From Patescibacteria group bacterium (GTDB taxonomy: Bacteria > Patescibacteriota > Minisyncoccia > Minisyncoccales > UBA10102), in contig JANBVJ010000002.1 of assembly GCA_024239055.1 (NCBI GenBank), forward strand, positions 67,874 through 131,873: a stretch of DNA of 64,000 nucleotides, given 5' to 3'. Under the pieces are notes generated by a model, which saw only the letters and a program-made list of their open reading frames with translations, did not search any database and was not told where the DNA came from. The position numbers and the translations under genes are program-made. Shown one piece after another: positions 27,801 through 39,800 of this stretch. Each line of letters opens with the position of its first letter. The first letter of the stretch is position 1.

Positions 27801-30800
27801 AGTTTCTAATCATTTCTACATAAATTAATTCTTGAGTAAGATTTCTTGTAAATGTCGCTAATGTACTTGATCCACCTGATGGGAATCCTCCATCTGATGC
27901 TACCACTTGATAATCTTCTGTGTTACTTGCAGTTTGTAATCCCAAACCTATCCAATCTTGTATTGCACTTTGGACTACTGTTTCATCCGAATCGGATAAC
28001 CCAATGTGCATTTCCAGTGCAGTTGCATCACTGTTAATTGAATATGTTTGAATATCTAATTTGTATCGAAGTGCTAGTTTGCTATCTGCCTGTAATGCAA
28101 CTCCTAAATCAAAAGCAATTCCATCATTTGTTGTAACTGATGTTGGCACACTAAAGTCTAATTCATCATTGGATATGTTTACTCTAACTCTTGCTGTATC
28201 AGTTGTTGTCCAATTTCCATCTGCCTCTCCTTGAGTTGTATAAGAAGTGAAGTTATCAGCAAATATAGTTGCTCCACCTCCACCTGAAAATATCTCTACA
28301 TTTCTTATGACTTTATCAATAACGTTTCTTCTTTCATCTAGAACTGTTACAACATCAGTTTCAGTTTGAGTTGAATTAACTCCACCTACATCAGTAGTGG
28401 CATTTACAATTAAATCGAATGCACCAGTTGAAACTGCTGACTGACCTTTTGCCCTATATATGAAAGTGGTATTTTGAATTAACCCTGTATCATTAAATTC
28501 TGTAATCAATTCATCAACAGTTGTTACATTTATGAAATCACCAAAGACTTTAAGGCTTGTATCCATATCAAACTGGAAAATTTCATCATCTGCTACTTCG
28601 TCAACATAAACTGCTGAACCAGATTGTGGAATCCACAAACTTCTAGGTTCTGGTGCGAACAAACCTCCTTGACCTACATTAATTCCTACGCCTGTTGTAA
28701 TCATCGTAGTAATATCAAACGCAGTTGTCATGTTTCTACCATCAACTGAATCATTTAATCCTCCACCAATATCTAAAAGTCCTAAGAACTTTCCATCAGA
28801 TCTTACAGCAACGTCAAATACACCAGTAGAAGGTAGATAAGGAACATCTGCAACTTGTGATAAAGTTGTAATATCCCATGCAGTAGTTAAATCAAATTGA
28901 AATAGTCTGTCATTGTCTGATTTCGGAGCATACAATCTGCTTCCATCTTCTGTAATCCAAATTCCTTGTATGAAAGTAGGCAATGTTGTAAACTCTGCGT
29001 TGAATGCTAATGTGGATAAATCAAATGGTGTTGATAATGTATATTCATAAATGTCTGTATTACCACTTTCAAGAATAAACATCTTAGTTCCATCTAATTT
29101 GAAATGAACATCTGTTATTTGAGCAACTTTTGATCCTAATGTACTAGATAAGTCTGTACTATTTTGTGTAGATACTGCTGTTGATACCTCAAACGGAGTT
29201 GTTAAACTGAATTTGTTAACGGTATCTGTAAGTACGTCAGGAACAAACATTTCTGTACCATCTGGTGTGATGTATAATCCAGCACCAACATTGTATGAAC
29301 TTGTATGGTTTGTTGGGTTTTGATCATTTCCACTTGTTAGATTCCAAATTCCTATCTGCTGTGACCTTTGTATAATTACTCCTGTCAATGGATCTGATGG
29401 ATGAATTGTTCTTGCTTGATCCCAAGAAATATTTATTGCAGTTGAGTTAAGTGCTGTTGCATTTAGACCTGTAATTGGTTGAATTAGACCAAATTCAACT
29501 ATTGTAGAGTTTATACCAAATCCATTTGTATTGTTTGCACGAACTGTATAATTCAAAAGGTTAGTTATTGGACTAATTGTTGTATCTGTAAATTCGCTTG
29601 CAACTGGTGAACCAATTAATACAGTTCCATTTCCAATTACTACAGTACCATTTTGATTGTTTAGTGTTGCTTGAGGATTTCCAAATATACCAACTTCAAA
29701 CAAGTCTGTGAAGTTTATGTTTGGATTAGAAAAGTCATATATTGTTTCAGTTTGTCCTGCTGATGCGTTACCAATGAATAATCTGTAAATTTCATGCTGT
29801 GTAGAAACAGATACAGACTGGTCACTGTGACGAATTAAAACTGTAACAATATCATCTGCACTTGATAGATCTATTCCTGTTTCATCAAGAGTAACGTTTT
29901 GTATTCCGATTGAAGTTACTGGTACTACTGGTGCATTTGCTATTCCTAGTTGTGTAGCCACTCTTGGTAAATCTGTTGGAAATACAGTTGGTATGTTTGA
30001 TTCTACATCACCATTTAAAACTTCTATACTTAATCTTCCATGAACTAGACAATCAACATTACCACAATATGACTGGTGTTCAAGAATTATGTCCTTGTTT
30101 TCTATGAATGATTTTGTAAATGTTTTGAGGACATAACCTTCACCAAAAGATAATAAGCCCAAATTACCTTCTATTCCAGTTTCATCTGCATTGTTAGATA
30201 GTAATGTTCCGTTAGGGCTAATTGTATAACCATATCTTGCGTTGTTTGCACTTGTAGCAAAGGATGTGTGTTCTTTTATTGTCCATTGGCTTCCATCTGT
30301 TCTAAAGACCTGATAATTATCAGTATCAGGAATATCATCCCAATCCAATGTAGCATTGTTATTCATGTTTTGAACTACAGTGAGACCTGTAACTTGTGCT
30401 GGTGGTTGTGGAAGTGAGAAACTTGTTGTATTTACAAATCCTCTTTCAGCGATAAATCCTTTCTGTAGATCCATACAAGTTTTTGGACAGACATCACCTG
30501 CTCCTTGTCTATTTCCTTCAACTGTGTATATTATTTGTGGGTTCGTGAAGTTCCATGTTCCAATTTTTGAAACTGTAATATTTGCAATAAATAATTCGTA
30601 AGCACCAGCATTAGAACCAACTGGTGATGAATCTGGATCTCTCATTGATACTACTACTGTAGCGAAACTTGAATTGAAACTACCCCAATTTATGCTACTT
30701 GCATTTAGCGTTTGAATTGTCATATTGAAATCACCTATTCCAGCACCAACTGATGCACCTTCTATTCCAGACAAAGTTAATCCTGATAGACTTGTTCTAA

Positions 30801-33800
30801 CACCATCTACATTAGATAGAACAGGTATATCATGTGCAAAATTAAATCCAGAATCTTTGTTTATAATTCCGTCATAAACAGCGAGAGTTGCAACACTTGT
30901 TAATCCAACACTTTGAACACCACCATTTGCTTCTTGTTGCCATGCGATTTCAATTGATGAATCGGTTATCTCAGTTAAGTTGAATATTTTGAAGAAATGA
31001 ATTATACCTGCTCCCCTGTCATTATTCTCTGCATCCCCACCTGTTGCAGATAGACCTGTGTTGATGTTTAGTAAGTCAGTTGGTAATGGTTCACCATTGT
31101 CTGCTGTTGTTCTACCTTCCTGAGCACCAATTGATACGTTTGCATTTGGAAATTTGCCACCACTTCCACAATTGTTTAAACATCCTGCTCCACTTGCACC
31201 TTCAAGAATTGACTCTTCAAGGTCATGTTCTCTAAACTGCCATATTTTTGAAGTTGAATTAAACAAGTCACTTCCAGAAATTAGTGGTGCTGTTTGATTT
31301 ACAATTGATGATACATTACCCTCTGTACTTCCAGTTAATGATTGAACTTTATAGAAAAATAGATTTCCTTCATCTTCACTTGTTAACACATCTGTAAATG
31401 TATCAACATCACCAAGCGTTGCTATTTCTTCAAATTGATCCCCGATAAGATCAATTTGTAAGTTCAGAGTATTGAACCTAGTCCATGCAGTTAAATCTCC
31501 ACCATTTTCAGTAACTAATTCACCATTATCAAAATTTGTTGCGTATGATGTAAAGCCAAAACCTGTGTCATCTCTATACATCTGGATAGTACCAACTATT
31601 GATCCGTTTGTGTAAGCACCTACCATGTATGTTTTATTAGCCAATAATACAAAGTCGTCAAACTCAAAATCGTGGAAATTTCCAGATGGGAATGGATTTG
31701 ATCCTATTGTGCTAGTAAATATGTCTGTACTATTTTCTAATATCTCATTTAGAGATGCACTTGAACCATTGAATACTGCTACTTTAAGTACGCTGTTTCC
31801 ACCTGACCATGATGTACCTACTATCTTTAATCTTATTTTATCAAGAGTAAAATCTTGATTTCCCATAGTAAAGTTTTGTGCTCTACCACAAGGTTGAGCA
31901 CCACCACAAGTAAAGTCATTAAATGTTACAGTTCCTTGATTTCTAACACCTCCAATTTCTACATCTCCAACTGGTTTATCGTTTAGTTTAAGATAATCAT
32001 TTGGTAGATCTTCACCTTTAACTTTAGAAGTTGTATCATTTGTTGCTTTTCTTAAAATTTTATACCCATCGGCAGTTATCTCCTTTGTCCAGTTTATTGT
32101 AATGTCATTTCCAATTTGTACTGCTGTAACATTTGTTGGAGGTGGTGTTAATGTAGCGTTTACTGCTGTTGCATTTACAGTGTTTGAGAATCCACCTTGT
32201 TCTAGAAGTGCGTTCAATCCAACTATTCTGTAAAAGTATGTGTTTCCTACAACTGGTGATGCTTCATCTATATTTGTGTCTGAAAATGTAGTTGCAGTTG
32301 AACCAGTATCATCAACTTCTGGATCTGCTGAAAGTTTTGTGTTGTTAATTACTGCAATTGTGAATAACATGTCATTGTTTGCTACGTTTGAAGTCCAAAT
32401 TTGAGTTAAAAAGTCCCAAAATGAATTACCACCTTCTCCAACATTTGCTCTTGAATCACAGTTTAATGTACCACTTGTACCTTCCCACCATGAAATACCA
32501 ATACCTAGTTTTCTTGCATTATCAATATTTACTCCATTTGTAATGTTAAGCAGGTCTGAACCTCTGTAGTACCAAGTTAATGCATTATTTGTTCCCCAAT
32601 CTTCGGGTAAAATTATGGTAGTTGAGTTTGCTATAGTAGAGTTATCTGATGAAATTGTTAACATTCCATCATTAAACAATGAACCTGTTGTAAAACCACC
32701 AATTGCACTATTCTCAGAACATCTATTTCCTCCTGAACCTCCTTCAAATCTAGATATTACTAGACCTTCCCATCTGTCTACTATCCATCCATTAAAGAAA
32801 TCACCTCTCTGTAATATTGCATCGAAATCACCTGAACTTCCTTGCATTGAAATGTTTTGTGGAGTTCCACCTGCTGTTTCTTGATATTCTATTACTTCAT
32901 CTGCTGTTTCTGTTGAAGTTCTGAAAATTCTGTAAGAGTCTGCACCAGCACTTGCATTCCATGACAATTCTATACTTTGTGTTTCTTCATTAAATACTGC
33001 TGTAAGATCTGTAACTGGATCTGGTGGTGGTGGTGGTGAAAATCCTGCACCTGCTGTTATTATTCCTGAATCCTGTTGATTATTAAACAAATTATCATTA
33101 GATGAAAGATCATTATCATTCCATGTATTAGCACCAAATGGATCACCTGCTCCACCAGATCCAACTAATTGTTCAACAGGTGAATTTGTAAAGTTCCATG
33201 TGCCAATTTTTGAAATTGTAATATTATGTATTGTGTATAGGTGTTGATTTGATTGAGCATCCTCAAAGACAAAAAATACAGTTATCCAATCTGATTCGTT
33301 ATCAGCATAATCTATTGATCCTGCTGGTAAAGTGAATTGTGTTAGTACAGTAGAAGTTGGTGCATTTACACTTGCAAGAACTGAATCGCCTGTAATATCC
33401 TGTTCAATTACATCTCCACTACCTGACAATGGCAAAGAAGGTGCTGGTGGATAATCTGAACCAATATCATTATTTTGTAATCTGAAATAATCATCTGCTT
33501 GATAAAATCCTTCCATAACTCGTATGTTTAAATCAGTAGAACCTATTGGTGGATGTTTATAGAATGTTGAAATATCTGAACCATTAATCAAAGTCGCATT
33601 AAATGACTTGAACATCACACAACATCCTCTTGGATCTCCAAGTGATGCTCCTGCTTGACCTGATTGGAATTGTAATCCATCTGTATCATTTGCTATTCTC
33701 ATGTGAGGAACTACTAGCCTTCTTGTATCAAGTTCTCTGTATTGCCATACTGACGATGTTGAGTTTGCAATGTCGCTAGTACCCTCAACAATTGGTTCTT

Positions 33801-36800
33801 GTCCTATTGCAAAGTTAGATTCATCTGCTACGACTATACCATTCAATCCCCTTACATTATAATGACATGTAGTTCCATCAGGACAAGTTGTATCTGTGAA
33901 ATTTGTAATGAGACTGCCTGTATCAGCAACTAGAATATCAAAGTCAATAAATCCAACTCCCATAAACGCATCGTTTGTGGTTACGGTATTGTTAAATACA
34001 AATGGAACTGTATCTGAAAATACTTCAAACCCATCTACAGCAGTATTATGTCTTGAACCAACAAGCATTCTTACTTCCATATCTAATGCTGTACCGTTTT
34101 TTGTAATTCCTATAACATACTCACTACCAGATGCAATCTCTACTGGTGGATCAAAAGTAAATCTAAATGGTGGAAAACCTGAAAAAGTCGATACACTACA
34201 GGCATCAACTAAGTTAGTAGAGTTTGCTATCCATGCAGATGTATCATTATTGAAAATGCTACCCATAAGAGTTTGTTGTCCTATAGTACAAGGTAACGCA
34301 CTTTGTTCATATAACGTAGTCACAATACTTGTAATTTTTTCATCTGATGTTGCGTTGAAGGCTTGACCTACAATGTGCAATGGATCTTCTTTTGTAAATA
34401 TTGTAAATGAAGTTCCAGCAGGTAAACTAAATCCAGCACCATTTTCCCAATGTAAGGGGAAGAAGAAGTTTCCTTCTGATGTTTCACCATAATGGGTTTC
34501 ATTACTAAGTGCTCTTTCAATCCTATATCCTGTTACATTTCCTGTAGGAGTTGTCCAGTTCATGAAAATTGAATCTGATACTGGTGTTACTGTGAGGTCA
34601 TTAATTGGATCTGGTGCTATTATTGGTGGTGCAACTGCAAATGTTACCATTTCTCCATAGTTTAGAGTTCCAGCAGTTAGCGTTCCCTGTGCATTTTCTC
34701 GGAAGAAATCATTTTGAGGTACTCCCATTCCTACCATTGTTGTGTTTTGTGGATTATGCAATAGAGTTGGTGGATGGCTTACACCTGCATCATTAAATGC
34801 TAAGACTCGATATGCTTTTGTAGTATTTGTTGGTGGTGGTGAAGTATCTGTAAAGTTAAGATCCCCTGCTGTTGTAGTGCCAATTGTTTCCCATACTGTT
34901 TCTGCATAAATAGCCATAGCATAGTCCTTGTCTTTTGTTCCGTTGATTGGATTACTTGTGAAAATTCCACTGATTGTATCTTCACCAATTGCCCAACCAC
35001 TTGATCCTCCACCTACTCCTGTTTCTTCAAAATAGACTTTGAAACTTCTGTTAACAGATGTTGTACAATCTCCACTGTTACAGGTCTGTGCTCCTGCTTG
35101 CTGATAACCAAAGATATACTCATCTGGTTCTAAATGAATTGGTGGTGAGAAAACCCAATTTACAAATCCTTCATCTCCTAACGCACCTCCTAAATCATTC
35201 TCCATTGCAATTCTTGGGTTAATTGATCTTGTAATCTGTGTTCCATTGGCAAAATGAATTGAACCTGAAATATCTGGTTCTACGTTAAAAGAACCACATC
35301 CTGCACAACCAAGTTTTACTACAATTCTTGTGATGTTTACTGCCTGTGTTATGTTTAGTTGCTGTCCTGCATGTGTTCGATCAGATGAATCTTTTGGATT
35401 ATTGCTAGTGGTTAATCCAGTTCCATCTAGGAAAAATTCTTCAACATCGTGGCTAAGTCCATCATAAATTGTTGTTTCGTTTCCACCTGTTGCTCTTTGA
35501 ATGATGTATCCTTGAATTGGATCTTCTGAAAGTTCCCTTGATTTTTTGATTGGTGCTTCTGCCCATACTAAATCAACTGTTGCACCATTATCCGTTGCAT
35601 TCAAGTCTGGAACTCTTAATGGAGGTAGTGATAGTGTTCCATTTACTATACTTGAAGTTCCATTTTCACCTAGTATATTTTTTGGAATTATTCTGTAAAA
35701 GTAGGAATTATAATTATTTGTTGTAGTATCACTAAAGAAATTATTAGTTGTTGTTGTAATGTTTATGAAGGTTTGATTCATTACGTGTGATTTTATTTCT
35801 AAACCACTTGTAGTGAACCATTGAAATGTTGAATCTTGGAATCTCCAACCACTTCCACCACCAGCAAATGGTCTTAGAACTCTAAAACCTTCACCTGATG
35901 TAAACTCTTTTCTAAATGCTCCAATAATTTCTGCATTTGCTGTTTCTGCAACTGTCAAGTTCTTCAATTGAGTTCCTAGATACCTTTGTTCGACCTGACA
36001 GTTTCCATCAAACCATTTTCCTGTTGATCTTTGTGTCCAACCATCCTGTTCATAATCCGTTTGCATTCTTGAACAATCTCTTGCTAGTCTGGTTCCATGA
36101 GACATCATGAATCCTGTTTGATTCACTTCTCCTTGTACATCAGGTTCAAGTTGATTTACTCCACCACTGATTACATTAAGCCAGTATCCATAAACTACCT
36201 GACCACCAGTTGGATCATGGAAATCAAATCTTCCAGTTCTAAGTTCGCTTTGAGTAGGTATATCAAAAGTATCAAAGCCTGAATCATCACCTAAAATGTC
36301 ATTTGTACTTGATGTTGAAAGTGCAAAGTTTGATTCTGAACCAAATCCATCTGCCTCTACTTGCTGTCTTTCAGTTGATAATCTTTGAACTACATATTCA
36401 TCTGCATTTGGAGTTACATCCCAAGTAAGATCAAGTTCACCATTTATGTTATCATGTGATATTGCTAAGTTAACAACTTGATCTGGTGGTGATGTTACTG
36501 GTAATTGTGCTAGAACAGTGTCTACAGCAACAACAAAATCTAATGCTGTTTGATTTAGGTTAAATCCTTGTGTTCCGTTTAAGATTACAACTGTATCCCC
36601 TTCTATATCTCCGTTGAGAGGAACAATTCTGTAAAAGTATGTATTTTTTGCAATTGTAGTAGTATCAGTGAAGTTTGTATCAAGTGAACCTGTATCATTT
36701 ACAAAAGGAATTTCTGGACTGAAAAGTTTTGTTTGATTTACAACTGCAAATTCAGCACGTAAATCTTGTCCGTTAGTTGTTCCCCAAAAAGGAACTGAAA

Positions 36801-39800
36801 CATCTGCTCTAACTATTCTTGGGGTAAGTCCACCAATTCCATCACCTGATCTAAATGTAGTTGTTCCTGAATCACCAACTCTTGTTTTATCCCAACTTAC
36901 ACCAATACCAATATTATCTGCACCTTCGGTAGTAACACTTGAAGTTAGATTAATCAAATCTGTACCATAGAAATTGAACGTCAGAGGACTATCCGATGGA
37001 ATTGCCAATACTGATGGATCTCTGAATGTCGTTGAGTTTTTGATAATTGTAAAGTCACCATCACTACTTGCTTGATCAGCATCTAAGAAAATTGCACCTC
37101 TGAGAATTCCACTTGCACCTGTACTGTTGAAAACATGATTCATTGTAATCCTTGAAACTATTTCATTGACAAAAGTTGTTCCCCAACTTGTTTCTGCTGT
37201 GTAATCAGCAGGTAATTCAGATAAAATTTGTGTTTGTGGAGTTATTAAAGTTTCAAAAGAGTAAAGAATTTTTTCATCTCCTGATTCTGTTGAAGTCCTG
37301 TAAATTCTATAACCTGTTGTGTTGATTCCATCGTGAACCCAATCAATATCTAATGATTTTCCTAGTGTTACAGATCCAGATAACACAGCATTTTCTGGTA
37401 CTGGATTTGTTATTTCTGGAAATGATCCAATTGCTTGTGTTAAGTCAAAAGTCATATCAAGAACTTGGAATGATGCACCAATACCATCAGAAGATGCACC
37501 TGCACCTGAATTGTACATATTGTCTATATCTGTATCTGTTAAACTGTAACCATTCCAGATTGTTAGTTCGTCAACATTGAATGTATTTTCAATTATTAGG
37601 CTTGCAACATTATTGTGTGTATTATCACCTATTGTTAATGGGTCTGGTGGAGTTGAACCAGTTCCAGTATGTAAAGCAAGTCCAATTTCAATGTCACAAT
37701 TTCCAGAACCATCTACACAAACTCTTGCATATCCTATGGTATCAGTCTTGTTAAGTAACAATGTAACCATGTGCCATTGTCCATCATCAGCAGGTATAAT
37801 TCCATTAAAAGCACCTCCATTTACAATATTCGTTCCTGCTTCTTTTACCAATAATCGTATATCACCTGATTGAGTGTAAAGTAAAAATGAATTTGCATCG
37901 GTATTTGATCCACTTGAAATTAATGGGTATTGAGTAGCACCAACAACATCACCATTCAACCAAAAGTTAATACTCGTTAAGTTTGATCCAGAATTTCCAA
38001 TTGTTAGGAAATCCCACAATGAAGCATCTGATCCTAAATGGATTTCTCCTTGAGTATCACCACTTGATGTTCCATTTTGAATTACTGCTTCATTAATTAT
38101 TCCAGAAGCATTTACTACGAAAGTTGATAGACTACCACCTTCAAAATATTCTGCATCAGCACTAGATCCTAAAGAACCTGTGTTTGGTGCTGTGCTGTTA
38201 TCAACACCATTTAGTGAGTTTCCTAATCCTAGTGGTAGTGTTACATTTAGACTAAGAAATCCGTAATCTGCAATTTTTTTAAGTGGAGTTGGGTTTCCAT
38301 CATTTATTGGATGTTCATAGAACCAAACAACAGGTTGAGTGAAATTGTATAATTCATTATCGTCAATTTGTACCGAAGTAATATTCATCGAGATAGATCC
38401 ATCTGTTGAATTATCTTTCAAACCTACGTAAATTGTAATTTCTGATTCAGAACTAGCAAAGTAAAGTGGGTCTACCTGAATATCCCCTGTAAATGGAAGA
38501 TCTACTTCCATTATTCCAAGCCTATGATTTTGACCAGTACCCAAATCAGACCGTAAAGCATTTTCTGGATGGTCTGTTTTTGTAATTGCTAATACTCCTG
38601 TTCCACCTGCATAGATAGTTTCCATATCCATTCTTCCATCAATAACATCAATGAAAGCCCTCATAGAACCAGTTCCACCAGACTTTGTTGCACTAATTGT
38701 TGTCTTGAATTGTTTTCCCTCTATTGCAGTCTTGTTTATTGTCTTAAAGACCATACATTGTCCTTGATCTGCATCTGATGTTGCTGTGTTAATGTTAAAC
38801 GCATCACCAAGTCTTTGAAACTTACAGTCATCCATTAAACCAGTTGGAAACTGTGTGTGTTCTTTCATCTGCCAAAATCCTTGTGAATTATTAACTGGAA
38901 TGTTTATTGTGTATCTAGTATATTCTCCATCTGCTACTGCAAATCTATTTACTCCTGCTCTAAATGGGAAACCATTCCAGTTTACTACTGTTGAAACAAT
39001 TCCATCTGGTTGTGAAAAATCAGATGCAGAAACTTTTTCTCCATCTGGATGTAGGTTTGTTCTAACTCTGTTTTTAAAATCTGCTAATGCACTTCCACTT
39101 GCTGTAAAACCTATATCATTTGGAACTGTAAATAGTGTTTGTCCACGACAAATTCCACCATTTAAATTTGTAGTCCAAAGTGGTGCACCACCAGTTGCAT
39201 TATGCCAAACATCACCAGCAGTCATTAAACCACCTTGAGTAGAAGGAATTCCATCTAATCTTCTCACTCCACAATCATGATTACTTGCACCAGAAGTTAT
39301 TTTGAATCTTAGAAGTATTGATGTTAATTCATCAATAAGTTCTGGTGGAAATAATGGACTCTGGTTATAAATTGCAACTCTACATGGAGTTGTAGTGATG
39401 TCTGCTTGATTATTAGCAAGTAATGTTCCACCTGCACCAGAAATTGCTCCACCATCTGGATATGGATCAGCAATACATTCTGCACCAGCACCACTTAGAG
39501 CACCTAGTATATCTTTGTCCATTGGAACATAAATTATTGTTGCCTCTGCTTCCTGAATAAAACCTATATCACCTAAAAAACCTAAATTAAAATCATTTTC
39601 TTCATTAAATTTATCGTAAACTGATTTCTCAACTTCAAAAACTTCTTCTTCCCATGCTATGGGAACCCAACTTCCTACTTGATGTAGTAGATTAACTGCT
39701 TTCAGACTGATCATTTCTGGTTTTTCAGTCTCAACGAAACCTGATTCAAGAGATATTGGTTGTCCGTACTTTAATGCAAAGTATTGATCTGGATCTGGTG

